From Saccharolobus islandicus REY15A (GTDB lineage: Archaea; Thermoproteota; Thermoprotei_A; Sulfolobales; Sulfolobaceae): a stretch of DNA of 64,000 nt. Shown in pieces: positions 33,276 to 45,194 of the stretch. Made by a program: the position numbers and the translations under genes. The DNA lies in NCBI RefSeq assembly GCF_000189555.1, contig NC_017276.1. One strand, given 5' to 3'. The notes under the pieces are model-generated. The model was not told the origin of the DNA and made no database searches. It saw nothing but the letters and a program-made list of their open reading frames with translations. Position 1 is the first letter of the stretch; each line of letters opens with the position of its first letter.

Positions 33276-34946
33276 AGGACTAAGTTTATCTTGATCCTTA
33301 TCGAAGTTTTCGGAGGATTGATAAGGTATACCCTCAAATGTGAGAATATCAGTTTCTTTTCTCTTTTTAGCTTGATACTCCTCCGGAGTACCACTTACAA
33401 CTATCTCATAAAGTTTTGCTTGCTTGCCATTATAGGGCCTCATAATCCTACCTAATCTTTGAATAAACTGCCTTCTAGAACTTGTTCCAGTTACAATAAT
33501 TCCTACATTAGCATCTGGAATATCGATTCCCTCATCCCCCACAGTAGTCAAAACAAGAATTCCTGCACTCATACTTTTAAAGGTTGCTAAAACTCTCTTC
33601 CTCTCCTCTTTAGACATCTTACCGGTTAATAATAAACAGTTATACCTTCTAGCTATTTCTTCGGCTTGATCAACGTACTGAGTAAATATTAGAATCTTTC
33701 CTTTTTCGGATTTAAGTATCTCGTCTAATGCCCTCATTTTCTCTGAAGCAAAATTCACTATTTTTCTCATTTCATTATAAACCCTCATGGCTTCAATAGC
33801 ACTTTCATCACCTTTCTTTACTAACTCAATTAACTCACTTACCTTTCTGCCTTTAGATAATGCCTTAAACTTATTTAATAGCTCATTGTACCTCTTTCTC
33901 TCTTCTAAGGTTAGTCTTACTTTTTTCTGAATAATTTCATAGGAGGCTAGATAACCTAACTTAGCTAGTTCGGTAACTGACTTATAATATACTATTCCAC
34001 CTATTAGACTAAATAACTCATTATGTTTATTATCTTCTCTATGGGGAGTCGCCGAAAGACCCATCCTATAAGGAGCTATTAAGCCTTCTGCTATCGCTTT
34101 AAACTTATCTGCAGGTAAATGATGAACTTCGTCCACTATTAGTAGGTAAAATTTATCAAATAGTTGTGGAAGATGCCTATACGCCGTATGATAAGTAGTT
34201 ATGGTTATTGGTCTTATTCTCTTTTCCTCTGAGTAATAAAACCCAATGTCAGGCCTTTTTGAGGTAAACTTTAGTATAGCTTCTTTCCATTGTAGCATTT
34301 GCTCTTTGGTAAAGGTTACAATGAGAGTAGGCTTTCTGATTACATCTATACCTTTTATTCCAACTACTGTCTTTCCAGCCCCTGTCGGAAGTGCTATAAC
34401 TCCCCTATTTCCATTCTTAATCCAATTCTCTATGGCCTCTCTTTGATATTCCCTTAATTGCCCATTAAATTCAAACTCAAACTCTTTGAATGAAAGGTTT
34501 AATTCCTTGACCTCTAATCCATTTTCTCTCAATTTTTGCAATAGGTTATAATAATCCATTGGACGTATTATGAATCTTCTATTTTGCTTATCATATTTAA
34601 TTTTGAACTTGTACTCTCCATTCTCATTTCTCTCATTAATTTTCTCTAGAACGTCTGCAAGATAAGTATATGGTTTCATAATTATTTTACCGGCCTCTAT
34701 TTCAAAGGAACAGTCCAGGAGTTTTTCCTTCAATCTTGCAACATCCTCTTGAGAAAGCTTCACATCGTAATCCTCTAAAATTTCCATTATCTCGCTTGGT
34801 TTTACTCCATTTCTTTTAGCTCTTTCCAAATCAATTACGAACTGAGATCCATTACTATCTCTCCCTAAATATCTCGAGAACAATAATAATCTCTTGAAAT
34901 CATCTTCATCCAACCACTGTTTGATATAGAAAGTCCTCAAGGACAT
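33264..34946 (-). CDS. xpb1: XPB/Rad25-family SF2 helicase (XPB1 type, not paired with Bax1)
   Basis: [34 protein letters not shown]. Confidence 0.88.
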   Translation of the reverse strand: MSLRTFYIKQWLDEDDFKRLLLFSRYLGRDSNGSQFVIDLERAKRNGVKPSEIMEILEDYDVKLSQEDVARLKEKLLDCSFEIEAGKIIMKPYTYLADVLEKINERNENGEYKFKIKYDKQNRRFIIRPMDYYNLLQKLRENGLEVKELNLSFKEFEFEFNGQLREYQREAIENWIKNGNRGVIALPTGAGKTVVGIKGIDVIRKPTLIVTFTKEQMLQWKEAILKFTSKRPDIGFYYSEEKRIRPITITTYHTAYRHLPQLFDKFYLLIVDEVHHLPADKFKAIAEGLIAPYRMGLSATPHREDNKHNELFSLIGGIVYYKSVTELAKLGYLASYEIIQKKVRLTLEERKRYNELLNKFKALSKGRKVSELIELVKKGDESAIEAMRVYNEMRKIVNFASEKMRALDEILKSEKGKILIFTQYVDQAEEIARRYNCLLLTGKMSKEERKRVLATFKSMSAGILVLTTVGDEGIDIPDANVGIIVTGTSSRRQFIQRLGRIMRPYNGKQAKLYEIVVSGTPEEYQAKKRKETDILTFEGIPYQSSENFDKDQDKLSPLDR

Positions 34947-35277
34947 TTTTAATCACTTCAACATATATAACCTTTAAATTAGAACCAAGAATATTTATAA
35001 GTTCCGAAATATCCCCTACATCATAAATAAAGTATTTATCTCCATTAAAATTTGAGAAAACTCCTATCGAAGGCAAATTATATCTAGACTTGCTCATTAA
35101 AAGTATTTTATATATATCATTTAAAAATGGATTTACGTATAAAATTAGACCATCTCCATTATCTAAAGTGATGCCTATAAAGTTCTTGCCTAAAGCTTCT
35201 GCTTCAGAGAAACCGTATTGTAACGCTTCTTCCAATCCGATCCAAGGTAAATTTGTGATTAATTCCTCTATTTTCAC
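34906..35277 (-). CDS. Hypothetical protein
   Basis: 123-aa ORF overlapping the XPB start by 41 nt. Confidence 0.6.
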   Translation of the reverse strand: MKIEELITNLPWIGLEEALQYGFSEAEALGKNFIGITLDNGDGLILYVNPFLNDIYKILLMSKSRYNLPSIGVFSNFNGDKYFIYDVGDISELINILGSNLKVIYVEVIKNVLEDFLYQTVVG

Positions 35278-35387
35278 AACTATTATGTTAGGAAAAAGCT
35301 AGTTTAAAATGTATCGTGGCCATTAGATTTAATTTAGGCAGATTTTTGCTGAATGAAAATATAAACTAGTTCTCTGAAGTGTTATCA

Positions 35388-35681
35388 ATGAAAATAGAGG
35401 TCAATAAGAATTTAATTAAACATTTAGAAAACTTATCTTTAATTCAATTAAGTCAGAATGAAGAAAAAATGTTGGAAAATGATATAACAAATATCATAAA
35501 ATTCTTTGAGAAGATAAACGAGCTTGATTTAAGTAATGTAGAACCACTATTTCATCCTCTCCCTCAAGGGAGACTAAGGAAAGATACTCCAAGAGATCCA
35601 TTAGATAGGGAAAATGCACTCAAAAACGTGAAAAGAAAAGAAAACGGATATATAGTAGGACCTAGAACTTACGGTGAATAA
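35388..35681 (+). CDS. gatC: Asp-tRNA(Asn)/Glu-tRNA(Gln) amidotransferase subunit C
   Basis: [30 protein letters not shown]; precedes gatA; ATG 35388 (ORF track GTG 35379). Confidence 0.9.
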   Translation: MKIEVNKNLIKHLENLSLIQLSQNEEKMLENDITNIIKFFEKINELDLSNVEPLFHPLPQGRLRKDTPRDPLDRENALKNVKRKENGYIVGPRTYGE

Positions 35682-37110
35682 GATTATGATAGTGGAATTA
35701 GTCAATGATTTGAAAAATAAGAATTTAGAGGCTGAAGAATACGTTGAGAGAACTTATGAGAAAATAGGCAAATACGATAAGTACACCAACGCGTTTATAA
35801 CTATTAGAAGCAAGGAAGAGGTATTAAGGGAAGTAAAAGAAAACATTAACAAAGGGGGCAAATTAGCAGGGATACTAATTGCCATCAAGGATAACATCTC
35901 AACCAAGGGAATTAGAACTACTTGTGCATCAAAGATGTTAGAAGATTACATACCTCCATATGATGCTACAGTTATAGAAAAATTAAAGAAGGAAGGGGCG
36001 GTAATTGTTGGTAAAACGAATATGGATGAATTCGCTATGGGTTCAACTACAGAGACGAGTTATTTTGGTCCCACTAGAAATCCTTGGAATTTAGAAAGAA
36101 CCCCTGGAGGTTCATCTGGAGGTAGTGGAGCAGCTCTAGCAGCTGGTTATGTCGAATTGGCGTTAGGTAGCGATACTGGAGGTTCTATAAGAGCGCCAGC
36201 TGCATATAATGCAACTTTTGGTTTAAAGCCATCTTATGGCACAGTGAGTAGATTTGGTCTAGTAGCTTATGCAAATAGTTTAGAACAAATAGGGCCTATG
36301 GCTAGAAATGCTGAAGACTTAGGATTGCTTTTCTCAATAATTGCTGGACCTGACGATAAGGACGCTACTACAATTGACTTATCTCTAAATTTTGAGTTTA
36401 AGGAACAGAATGTGAAAAGCGTTAGGATAGGTATTCTTAGTGATATTTTAGAAATGTCAGAAAAACCAGTATCTGGTGTGATAAAAGATGTTATAGATAA
36501 ACTATCTAGTGAAGGAGCTCTAATTGAAGATACCAAATTAGGTAATGCAGAATACGCACTACCAGCATACTACATAATAGCAATGTCTGAAGCAAGCTCT
36601 AATTTAGCTAGATATGATGGAGTTAGGTACGGATATAGCAAATACATGGAAGGGAATTGGCGTGAGGTTTATGCTAAAAATAGAGGAGAAGCGTTTGGTA
36701 TAGAGGTAAAGAGGAGGATCCTCCTTGGTAGTTTTATCTTAAGTGCTGGATATTATGAGGAATTTTACCTCAAGGCATTAAAGGTTAGAAATTTAATTAA
36801 GAAAAGTCTAGACGAATTATTCAAAAAATATGATATTTTAGTCTCTCCTACAATGCCTATATTACCGCCTAAAATAGGTGAGGTAATCAATGATCCTGTG
36901 AGAATGTATGCAATGGATCTAAATACTGTAATAGCTAACTTAGCTGCAATACCAGCATTATCGTTGCCAGCGGGATTTTATAATGACTTACCAATAGGAT
37001 TACAATTAATGGGAAAATATCTATCAGATATTTATTTAATTAACATTTCATCCTATATAGAGAGAAATGTTACAAAATTGTACAATTTAACAGCACCAAT
37101 TAAGATCTAA
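35674..37110 (+). CDS. gatA: Amidotransferase subunit A
   Basis: Amidase signature [37 protein letters not shown]; [11 protein letters not shown]. Confidence 0.96.
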   Translation: MNKIMIVELVNDLKNKNLEAEEYVERTYEKIGKYDKYTNAFITIRSKEEVLREVKENINKGGKLAGILIAIKDNISTKGIRTTCASKMLEDYIPPYDATVIEKLKKEGAVIVGKTNMDEFAMGSTTETSYFGPTRNPWNLERTPGGSSGGSGAALAAGYVELALGSDTGGSIRAPAAYNATFGLKPSYGTVSRFGLVAYANSLEQIGPMARNAEDLGLLFSIIAGPDDKDATTIDLSLNFEFKEQNVKSVRIGILSDILEMSEKPVSGVIKDVIDKLSSEGALIEDTKLGNAEYALPAYYIIAMSEASSNLARYDGVRYGYSKYMEGNWREVYAKNRGEAFGIEVKRRILLGSFILSAGYYEEFYLKALKVRNLIKKSLDELFKKYDILVSPTMPILPPKIGEVINDPVRMYAMDLNTVIANLAAIPALSLPAGFYNDLPIGLQLMGKYLSDIYLINISSYIERNVTKLYNLTAPIKI

Positions 37111-37137
37111 TAATTTTTTAATCCTATATGCGGTAGA

Positions 37138-38223
37138 ATGTACAATATGCAAAGTAATTTAAGGATCGATACAGTAAGTGAGATATTTAAAGAGTTACAA
37201 AAAGAGAAATACCACATCATTGGCACTCACAGTGCATATAAAAAATGTCATTGGACTCATTCTGCTCTTGTAGCTAATAGATCTTGCTATAAGGGCAAAT
37301 TCTACGGAATTGAGAGTCATAGATGCGTACAAATGACTCCAACTGCAGCCTGGTGCTGGTTTAGATGCGTACATTGTTGGAGATTAGAACCAGAGGATGT
37401 TGGACTAGAGTGGGACGATACGAAAATGCCCGCATATGATGATCCTGAATATATTGTAGAGAGGAGTATAGAAGAACATAAGAAGGCCGTTTCTGGATAT
37501 CTAGGAAGAAATGATGTTAACATCCAAAAGGTAAAAGATGCGATGAGACCCGCGCATGTTGCAATAAGTTTGACTGGAGAACCTACACTTTATGAGAAAC
37601 TTGGTGATCTTATAAAGGAGTATCATAAAAGAGGAATGACAACCTTTCTTGTAACAAGTGGTGTAAGACCAGATATATTAGCAAGCTTAGAAGAAGAGCC
37701 TACTCAGTTATTTGTATCTCTACAAGCTCCGAATGAGATAAAACACAAGATGATTAATAGACCAGTAGTTGCTAATTCTTGGCAATTAGTTATGAAGACT
37801 TTAGAGATCTTACCTAGTTTTAGTTCTCCAACTGTGATAAGATTTACAATGATAAAGGGATACAATATGAGTGAGCAAGATGCAAGAGAATTTGCGAAGT
37901 TAATGGAAATTGCAATGCCCACATATATAGAAATTAAAGCTTATATGCACGTTGGACCATCAACCTATAGATTAAGTAGAGATGCGATGCCAAAACATAA
38001 AGAGATAAGAGAATTCGCAAAAACCTTAGCACAATACACTGGATATAAAATCTTATCAGAGCACGTGCCCAGTAGAATAGTTCTTCTAAGTAAATTGGAT
38101 AAGCCAATTAAGATTGGAAATGCGTGGAATGAGAAATGGGATTGGTCTACTATTGATATAGAAGATGATATGAGTGGAGAATATAAGGAAGCAGAACAAG
38201 GTTGTACAGAGGGATCAACTTGA
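37138..38223 (+). CDS. taw1: Radical-SAM 4-demethylwyosine synthase (TYW1/Taw1)
   Basis: [29 protein letters not shown] CxxxCxxC, SLTGEPT. Confidence 0.93.
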   Translation: MYNMQSNLRIDTVSEIFKELQKEKYHIIGTHSAYKKCHWTHSALVANRSCYKGKFYGIESHRCVQMTPTAAWCWFRCVHCWRLEPEDVGLEWDDTKMPAYDDPEYIVERSIEEHKKAVSGYLGRNDVNIQKVKDAMRPAHVAISLTGEPTLYEKLGDLIKEYHKRGMTTFLVTSGVRPDILASLEEEPTQLFVSLQAPNEIKHKMINRPVVANSWQLVMKTLEILPSFSSPTVIRFTMIKGYNMSEQDAREFAKLMEIAMPTYIEIKAYMHVGPSTYRLSRDAMPKHKEIREFAKTLAQYTGYKILSEHVPSRIVLLSKLDKPIKIGNAWNEKWDWSTIDIEDDMSGEYKEAEQGCTEGST

Positions 38224-38883
38224 AAAGATGAGTCAAACGCTTGTATATTAGCTAAAATTATAGCCTATTCAAAGGGCAAATCATACGTAACGCAGTCAGA
38301 GCTAGCTAAGATGCTCAATTTCTCACAGCAATCAATATCTCGTAAATTAAAAGAATTAGAGGATGATAAACTGATAGTAAGAATAATATCTAAAGAAGGA
38401 GAGATAATAAGATTAACAGAAGAGGGAGAAAGGTTTTTGAGTTCATGTTTAAGTAGCTTAAAAGATGCCATATTGTCACTTCATAGTCTTGAGATAAAAG
38501 GAAATATCGTATCTGGGCTTGGGGAAGGCAAAATATTTCTATCAATGGATTACTATAAAAGCCATATAAACAAAGTAATGGGATTTGACCCTTATCCAGG
38601 TACGCTAAATATTGTAATATACGATAAACTATCTCTAGAAAATAGATTACTCTTAGACTCATCACCTTCTCTAATAGTGCCCGAATATAAGCAAAAGGAT
38701 AGAGTATTAGGCGCAGTTAGATTATATCCTGCCTCAATTAATAAACTAACACCGGCTGCAGTAGTAATTCCCTTAAGAACTACACATCCAAAGAGCGTAA
38801 TAGAGGTAATTTCTCCATTTCATCTCAGGGAAAAACTGAATTTAAAAGATGGCGATGAGGTAACAATAGAGGTTTATGTTTAA
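38224..38883 (+). CDS. ribK: CTP-dependent riboflavin kinase with N-terminal HTH (5' end unresolved)
   Basis: [37 protein letters not shown]; [24 protein letters not shown] begins upstream of the first ATG (38311); frame open back to TGA 38221. Confidence 0.88.
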   Translation, partial: KDESNACILAKIIAYSKGKSYVTQSELAKMLNFSQQSISRKLKELEDDKLIVRIISKEGEIIRLTEEGERFLSSCLSSLKDAILSLHSLEIKGNIVSGLGEGKIFLSMDYYKSHINKVMGFDPYPGTLNIVIYDKLSLENRLLLDSSPSLIVPEYKQKDRVLGAVRLYPASINKLTPAAVVIPLRTTHPKSVIEVISPFHLREKLNLKDGDEVTIEVYV

Positions 38884-39560
38884 CGTTGTTCTAATTTACA
38901 ATACCTCTTTTTAATTTCATTTATTATATCCGTTGTACTTGAATGAGGCCATTTCCTTATTCTCTCGTTTAATCTAATTATTTGAGGACTTAAGCCTCGT
39001 TTTTTTAATTCCTCAAGAAGCTTAGTTTCATCGACTCTCTGGTCTGGACCTAGGAAAATTATATCGGGATTTATTCTTTCCACACTTTTTAGAAAATCTT
39101 CTTGATCGCCTAATATTGCATCAAAAACGTATCTTACACTCTTAATAATTTCTAATCTAGTTTGCTCATCATTAATAGGCTTTCTACCTTTAATTCTCTC
39201 TGAATTGGAATCCCTAGCCACAGTCACGTAAACTCTTCCATATTTCGATGCCTCCTTCAAGAATTCTATATGTCCAGGATGCAATATGTCAAAAGTACCC
39301 GCGACAAATACTTTTTTCGATACATTAGATTTAGGATCATTATTCTCATAAATCTCCTTCGCGTCCAACAAACCCTCAGCATAAACAATATCGACTAATG
39401 CGGTTACGTAATCACCTTTCTCTAAATAATATTTAGAATCCTCAGTATATAATCTAGCTAATTCTACCACCTTATTGTTGGCACTGTCGATATTCTTTAA
39501 TCGTTCATCCATTCCTTTAATGTACTTTTCTATTCTTTTCCTTAACTCATCAACATCCAT
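38880..39560 (-). CDS. ribL: DUF357 domain fused to FAD synthetase (RibL-type cytidylyltransferase fold)
   Basis: N-terminal [24 protein letters not shown] (DUF357); [25 protein letters not shown]. Confidence 0.8.
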   Translation of the reverse strand: MDVDELRKRIEKYIKGMDERLKNIDSANNKVVELARLYTEDSKYYLEKGDYVTALVDIVYAEGLLDAKEIYENNDPKSNVSKKVFVAGTFDILHPGHIEFLKEASKYGRVYVTVARDSNSERIKGRKPINDEQTRLEIIKSVRYVFDAILGDQEDFLKSVERINPDIIFLGPDQRVDETKLLEELKKRGLSPQIIRLNERIRKWPHSSTTDIINEIKKRYCKLEQR

Positions 39561-40315
39561 TTTATAGCATCAGCCTCCATATAATGAAGGTTACCAGGAA
39601 TTATAATAATATGTGGTGTATTACCGAAGTCATATAAGGTAGCCTCTTCTACTGTGAGAGCAACAATTTTCTCATCATCACAGCCTAATCTAGCACCAAC
39701 TATTACAATATCAGATTTTGAAAGAACATTTTTTCTATGTTTATCTTCAAGTCGCAATAAGATCTGTAGTGCTTCATTAGCAGTCATGGCTCTCTCGCTT
39801 TTCAAATCCAGATATAGTATGGTATGAAGACCTCTTTCCTTGTTATCCTTAATCACATTATAAGGAGTAGGATCTATGAAATCGTTGTAAGGAAATGTCA
39901 CTGTGACCGACTTACCGAATTTATAGGAAGATAAGAGAGATTTCGATATAAGATAGCAATGTACCGAAATACCTGGAATCACTTTTACATTATGCCCCCG
40001 CTGTTTAGCCTCTATAAGTAGTGAAACATGAGTTGTAGCTATTAATACATCTCCGATACTAGCTATACTCACGTTATAATTCTTATCTAAATAATCCATG
40101 ATAATCTTCGAGTTGTTTTCTAATAAACTCCTGTCCGCTTCAATGAGAGTCTTCCCTCCCTTTACTAATCTCCTTAATACATCAACGTTTATATCGCAAG
40201 ATCTAGACGTATATTTATCGAAAATTATGATATCAGAATTATTTAATGTATCTATAGCATTCTCAGTTATGAATTTCTTAGAGATTCCAAGACCCACTAG
40301 GCTTAAGATGCTCAC
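39542..40315 (-). CDS. dph5: Diphthine synthase
   Basis: [44 protein letters not shown]. Confidence 0.93.
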   Translation of the reverse strand: MSILSLVGLGISKKFITENAIDTLNNSDIIIFDKYTSRSCDINVDVLRRLVKGGKTLIEADRSLLENNSKIIMDYLDKNYNVSIASIGDVLIATTHVSLLIEAKQRGHNVKVIPGISVHCYLISKSLLSSYKFGKSVTVTFPYNDFIDPTPYNVIKDNKERGLHTILYLDLKSERAMTANEALQILLRLEDKHRKNVLSKSDIVIVGARLGCDDEKIVALTVEEATLYDFGNTPHIIIIPGNLHYMEADAIKWMLMS

Positions 40316-40357
40316 AAAAAGAATGTATAAAATGGTGTTTAATATTATCTTATCTAA

Positions 40358-41113
40358 ATGCTAGAGCTCACTAAAGGTATCTTAATTGCTGAGGATCTAC
40401 CAGCACTTTACGTAAAACATGCTAATAGTGTAGTGATGTCCGACGTACACATAGGCTATGAAGAGGAGATGTCTAGAAAAGGTATATATATTCCTAGAAT
40501 ACAGAAAAAAAGATTTCTTAGTATAACGAATAGAGTATTCTCAGTTTTTAATACTAAGAAGTTAATAGTAAACGGAGATTTCAAGCACACCTTTGAAAAA
40601 CTTACTAGACAAGAAAAAGAGGAATTAAATGAAATTTTGAAATATTTAAAGGATAACGGAGTAGAAGTTATAATAGTTAGAGGAAATCATGATAACTATA
40701 TTTCTTTAGTTACGGAAAAATTTGATAATGTAAGATTAGTTGATGAGTTAGACCTTGGAGAAATACTAATAACTCATGGACATAAAGTAATAGAGCCGAG
40801 AAACAATACAACATACATCATAGGCCATGAGCACCCAAGATTGTCAATAAGAGATAAGTTAGGTTTCTCTAGGAAACTGCAATGTTTCTTGTCAATACCC
40901 ATAAAGGAAAGGGAAAACTCTCAAATTATAGTATTGCCTGCAATTGGAATATATCAAGCGGGCAATGATATATCATTAATACATTCAAATTATATGAGTA
41001 ATTTGATAAAAGAGCACGCAATATTAGAAAAAGCGAAACCATATGTTATAATTGAGGGAGAAGGTATAATGGAGTTCCCAGAATTAGGCTTAATTAAGAA
41101 CATACTTATTTAA
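40358..41113 (+). CDS. Calcineurin-like metallophosphoesterase
   Basis: SDVHIG, NGDFKH, RGNHD, THGH, GHEHP. Confidence 0.9.
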   Translation: MLELTKGILIAEDLPALYVKHANSVVMSDVHIGYEEEMSRKGIYIPRIQKKRFLSITNRVFSVFNTKKLIVNGDFKHTFEKLTRQEKEELNEILKYLKDNGVEVIIVRGNHDNYISLVTEKFDNVRLVDELDLGEILITHGHKVIEPRNNTTYIIGHEHPRLSIRDKLGFSRKLQCFLSIPIKERENSQIIVLPAIGIYQAGNDISLIHSNYMSNLIKEHAILEKAKPYVIIEGEGIMEFPELGLIKNILI

Positions 41114-41162
41114 AAGAGGGATTTATAAATGCAGAATCAAAAAGTTTTTAAGGTGATCTTTT

Positions 41163-41759
41163 ATCTCCAATTCAGCGGTATCGTATAAACCCATTGTAAA
41201 TATAGAAAATATCGTGGCAACAGTTACGTTAGAGCAAAGTTTGGATTTATACGCTATGGAAAGAAGTATCCCCAACATAGAATACGATCCAGATCAATTT
41301 CCAGGATTAATTTTCAGATTAGAACAGCCCAAGGTTACTGCTTTAATATTTAAATCTGGAAAGATGGTAGTAACTGGGGCGAAAAGTACAGAAGAACTAA
41401 TAAAGGCCGTAAAGAGAATAATTAAGACACTTAAAAAATATGGTATAAAAATAATGGGCAAACCTAAAATCCAAATCCAAAATATAGTTGCATCCGCTAA
41501 CTTACATGTAAACGTTAACTTAGATAAAGCTGCATTCTTACTGGAAAATAACATGTACGAACCAGAACAATTTCCGGGATTAATTTTTAGAATGGATGAT
41601 CCTAGAGTTGTACTCCTAATTTTCAGTAGTGGCAAAATGGTAATAACTGGGGCAAAGAGAGAAGATGAAGTATCTAAAGCAGTAAAGAGAATATTTGATA
41701 AGCTAGCGGAGCTGGATTGCGTCAAACCCATAGAGGAAGAAGAAGAATTAGAGCTCTAG
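41163..41759 (+). CDS. tbp: TATA-box binding protein; probable non-canonical ATC start at 41163
   Basis: Two TBP repeats (NIVATV...[16 protein letters not shown]; NIVASA...[16 protein letters not shown]); first strand lies upstream of GTG 41214; AGGTGA SD at 41151-41156. Confidence 0.95.
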   Translation: MSNSAVSYKPIVNIENIVATVTLEQSLDLYAMERSIPNIEYDPDQFPGLIFRLEQPKVTALIFKSGKMVVTGAKSTEELIKAVKRIIKTLKKYGIKIMGKPKIQIQNIVASANLHVNVNLDKAAFLLENNMYEPEQFPGLIFRMDDPRVVLLIFSSGKMVITGAKREDEVSKAVKRIFDKLAELDCVKPIEEEEELEL

Positions 41760-42593
41760 AAGCCTAAGTAAACCATTTATTACACTTTTACTTTTAACGC
41801 TTTTTATTCCCTTCTTCTCTAACTCCCTACTGAAAAAGGATACGTAAACTGGAGATTCATACATGCCACCAAAATAGTAGACCACATTAGAATTTACAGC
41901 TTTGCATACTATTTGCACTAAAGTAGAGAATTCTGACATACAACTATTCAAAATTCTAACTGCCTTTGTGCTATTTCGCTTTACAGCGTTTAACAAATTA
42001 ACTGAATATTGCGCTATTTTGGCTGGATTACAAGAGTTTTTATAAAGGAACCTCACTAGATCTTCTTCAGTTTTAAAATTAGAAAATTGGATTAAGCTTT
42101 TATCATTAGATAGCCCTTGAAACTCTCTTAACAACTCATGTAAGAACTCTCTACCTAACCAGAATCCAGAACATATATCGCCAACTAACCATCCTCTATC
42201 GCCCTTTATTATCCTTTTACTTCCATCAAAACCATATACTATACTACCAGTTCCTGCAATAGTTATACATCCCTTATTCGCATTAGACATAAGCACAACG
42301 TGAGCATCATGTTCTATGATTACCTTATCCGCGTATTTACTTAGAAGTTGATATAGTTGACTTTTTACCTCTTTCGCCATGACTTCACTGTCAATACCGG
42401 CTAAAGATATTGCAATTCCGTTAAATTTCTTATTGAATGACGAGATTATACTGCTTAATCTTAAAACTGACTTATAGGGGCCTACTTTATCTATACTTGC
42501 CGGTTCGTATTTGTACTGTCTTACTACTTTTTCACCATCATAAACGAAAACTTTAGTAGATGTACCGCCGGCATCTATTAATAGGTATTCCAC
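41748..42593 (-). CDS. BadF/BadG/BcrA/BcrD-type ATPase, N-acetylglucosamine-kinase-like
   Basis: [36 protein letters not shown]. Confidence 0.85.
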   Translation of the reverse strand: MEYLLIDAGGTSTKVFVYDGEKVVRQYKYEPASIDKVGPYKSVLRLSSIISSFNKKFNGIAISLAGIDSEVMAKEVKSQLYQLLSKYADKVIIEHDAHVVLMSNANKGCITIAGTGSIVYGFDGSKRIIKGDRGWLVGDICSGFWLGREFLHELLREFQGLSNDKSLIQFSNFKTEEDLVRFLYKNSCNPAKIAQYSVNLLNAVKRNSTKAVRILNSCMSEFSTLVQIVCKAVNSNVVYYFGGMYESPVYVSFFSRELEKKGIKSVKSKSVINGLLRLLEL

Positions 42594-42638
42594 AAACGAT
42601 ATAAACGCTAAACGACATTAAAATTTTGGTGTCTAGAA

Positions 42639-42848
42639 ATGCTCAAACATGGTAAGTACGTTTATGTAGATCTAAATAATGGTAAATATATTAAGGTAAG
42701 GATACTAAAGTCAAGGGATGATAATTCCGCTGAAAAATACATCTTAACCAACTATGTGAATAAGAATAAACCTAAGAATGGTATGATAATAAAGATGGAT
42801 AATCTACCAATAGAAGTTAAAGATAAAATAACTAGATTCTTTTTATGA
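42639..42848 (+). CDS. Crenarchaeal ribosomal protein aL46 (L46a)-like
   Basis: 69 aa MLKHGKYVYVDLNNGKY.KVRILK... matches recalled Sulfolobales L46a. Confidence 0.72.
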   Translation: MLKHGKYVYVDLNNGKYIKVRILKSRDDNSAEKYILTNYVNKNKPKNGMIIKMDNLPIEVKDKITRFFL

Positions 42849-43899
42849 GTTTCTCTAAAATCCCATATTTTTCTAATGCTGTTAAGGTAATATATATCGA
42901 AATGATAACTATAGAAGCTAATATTAACGTGTATAGTGACTGAATAGTCAGAATATATGTATTATCTATAATATCTTTCACAACGGTAAATAATATAAAG
43001 TAAATTATAACTATGTTTATGATCTTAATTATATCATGCCATACCCTAATATCTTTATTTAATCCCTTGGAGACAGCCTTACCACCAAACAATATTATGG
43101 CGGAAAATGAAGCGTATGGTAAAATTTGAAGAATTGCAAAAGCGAATTCTTGGACACTACTTAGTCCTCTAACTAGCTGAAGTTGTATATAGAGGTTAAT
43201 CACGCCTATTAAAAGTGAGATAATAGACACCGTAGACGTTATTACCATTATTGTGGAATTCTCCCACCAACTCTCCATGAGATCATCAATTTTGAGACCT
43301 TTTATGACCATTGCACCTCCTAATATAATTAATATTGTTGGTTCTATGTAAACTGACAAATTCAGAGCAGCCAATATTCCAGCTAAGGCTAATATTATGC
43401 CGGGTACACCTAAGAAAACTCTCGCATATCTCTTTTCCGTTATGGCCTTTCTTATGTATTTTGCAAGAAGCATATATGTTTCCTCTACTCCCCTATACTG
43501 CTCTACTATAACTTGCTGAACTGCAGAAATCTTTAACCTGGATTGAATTATGGGTATTGCACGAGCGTCATCCGGACTATCATATACTACTACTGCATAT
43601 TCTGGTGATAGCTCCTCAATTACTTTGTCTAATTTTTTTGAAAATTCCAACTGCGACTCGGTACCACCTTTTTTTGAGCCTGATATGAAGACTATCTCAA
43701 CATCTTCTCCTTTTCTTTTTAGATCAACATAAATATTAAATGCCACTACCATCGAATTAAAATCGGAATCTGTGGGCATAAAATAAGCTGCTTTGTCAAG
43801 AGCTAGCTTACATTTCTCTTCTCCTATAATTGGTGAAGAAAACCCTAAATTTCCTATATCATCATCGATATCAACGTATATTACTATTGTCTTTACCAT
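42832..43899 (-). CDS. DUF373-family membrane protein
   Basis: VDIDDDIG, DSDFN, DSPDD, VEQ.RGVEETY followed by multiple TM segments. Confidence 0.85.
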   Translation of the reverse strand: MVKTIVIYVDIDDDIGNLGFSSPIIGEEKCKLALDKAAYFMPTDSDFNSMVVAFNIYVDLKRKGEDVEIVFISGSKKGGTESQLEFSKKLDKVIEELSPEYAVVVYDSPDDARAIPIIQSRLKISAVQQVIVEQYRGVEETYMLLAKYIRKAITEKRYARVFLGVPGIILALAGILAALNLSVYIEPTILIILGGAMVIKGLKIDDLMESWWENSTIMVITSTVSIISLLIGVINLYIQLQLVRGLSSVQEFAFAILQILPYASFSAIILFGGKAVSKGLNKDIRVWHDIIKIINIVIIYFILFTVVKDIIDNTYILTIQSLYTLILASIVIISIYITLTALEKYGILEKLIKRI

Positions 43900-44767
43900 C
43901 CTTATTATCTACTTCCCCGTAAAGTATTAAAAATTCTTCAAAAGATAACCTCTTATTCTGCTTGAGCTTTTCCTCTATACTCTTCTTCTTTTTTTCAATA
44001 ACTTCAGTAGTATTAACTTGTACTGGGTTTTCTTGAAGGCTTTTTAGTCTTCTTTGCGTCTCATTCAGTTCGTTACTCTTGTTTTTAATTTCTGTATTCA
44101 AATCTTCTATCTGTTTAGAAATATTCTCTATTTCGCTATTTAAATTATTTATTTCATCTCTTAGCTTATTCCTCTCTTCGACTAATTTCTTTATAATATT
44201 CTTCTTTTCTCCTATCTCGTTAACAAGTGCCTTAATCTTCTCCCTAATTGTATTTAACTCAACCCTTTTTGCTAGTAATTCAGCTTTTTCTTCAGTTTTC
44301 TTCTCCTTTATTTTCATAGCCTTTTTAGCATCTTGTAATTTCTTCTCTAGCTCAGCAATTCTCTGTATAACTTTTTTCTCTTCCTCTAATGTTAAGGAAC
44401 TAGTTTGCAATTTCCATTCTAGCTCCCTTATTTTCCTCTCTATTGAATCAGGGTTACCTAGATTTTGAGAAGAAAGTTTTTTAACTTCCTCAAAATCTTT
44501 TCTGATTTGCTGAATTATTTCTACTAGATTTTTTCTTCTCTCCTTTAACTGGTTAAATTCCTCTAATTTCATTTTATACTCTTGCCTTATTGTGTTAATT
44601 TGCTGTGTCAACTCTTTTGCTTTGGCTATCTTTTCCCTTCTCTTCTCTCTCATTTTTTTAACTTTTTCAATAAGTTCTAACTTAAGTTGCTTCAGTCTAA
44701 CTATATTCTCTTTAAGCTCAGATATCTTCTTATATAACTCGTCTGTGTCCGTTGATATAGATGACAT
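43871..44767 (-). CDS. Archaeal long coiled-coil protein
   Basis: E/K/L-rich heptads throughout with LEWKLQTSSLTLEEEKKVIQRI core. Confidence 0.85.
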   Translation of the reverse strand: MSSISTDTDELYKKISELKENIVRLKQLKLELIEKVKKMREKRREKIAKAKELTQQINTIRQEYKMKLEEFNQLKERRKNLVEIIQQIRKDFEEVKKLSSQNLGNPDSIERKIRELEWKLQTSSLTLEEEKKVIQRIAELEKKLQDAKKAMKIKEKKTEEKAELLAKRVELNTIREKIKALVNEIGEKKNIIKKLVEERNKLRDEINNLNSEIENISKQIEDLNTEIKNKSNELNETQRRLKSLQENPVQVNTTEVIEKKKKSIEEKLKQNKRLSFEEFLILYGEVDNKDGKDNSNIR

Positions 44768-44921
44768 TCTTGTCTATTTTAGTAGCGAATACGTATAAAT
44801 AACTATTTCCCACATAATAGCCTTCAGTAAGCCCTAAAAATGAGCTTCGCCAGTTAAGATGAATACATGGGTATTATCAACAAATAATAATAAACCCATA
44901 TAGACGTAACATAAAAATGAG

Positions 44922-45194
44922 ATGAAAAACAACTTTAATGAAATTGGCACATTTACAAAGAATGTTTTAAAAGATAAGATTCTTATTAAATTAAAGAGTG
45001 ATTTAGACTTTACGAAGTACAACATAATAGGAAAGGCTATATATAATGGAAAGGAGCAGAAAATAGGAAAGATCCTAGATGTATTAGGAAACGTAAAAGA
45101 ACCTTATGCTTTAGCTATGTTAGATAAAAATTCAAAAATTTTAGTGAACGAGAAAATATTCGTTAGTTATAGTGAGAGGAGGGCAAGAAAATGA
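44922..45194 (+). CDS. gar1: H/ACA RNP protein Gar1
   Basis: [16 protein letters not shown]; ATGA overlap with tfb. Confidence 0.88.
   Translation: MKNNFNEIGTFTKNVLKDKILIKLKSDLDFTKYNIIGKAIYNGKEQKIGKILDVLGNVKEPYALAMLDKNSKILVNEKIFVSYSERRARK

Noticed and set aside
35305-35378. Possible C/D sRNA upstream of gatC (CTGA-ATGAAAA-...-CTGA)
   Set aside because: No credible C box and AT-rich guides without recognisable targets; more likely promoter sequence
41294-41731. 145-aa ORF antisense to tbp
   Set aside because: Its internal repeat only mirrors the TBP repeat; shadow frame
44079-44468. 129-aa hydrophobic ORF that looks membrane-like
   Set aside because: Reverse complement of Lys/Glu-rich coiled-coil codons gives Phe/Ser/Leu runs
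44820-44900. GC-richer patch and imperfect hairpin (ATGGGT...ACCCAT) upstream of gar1
   Set aside because: No complete C/D or H/ACA box set on either strand; stem is weak
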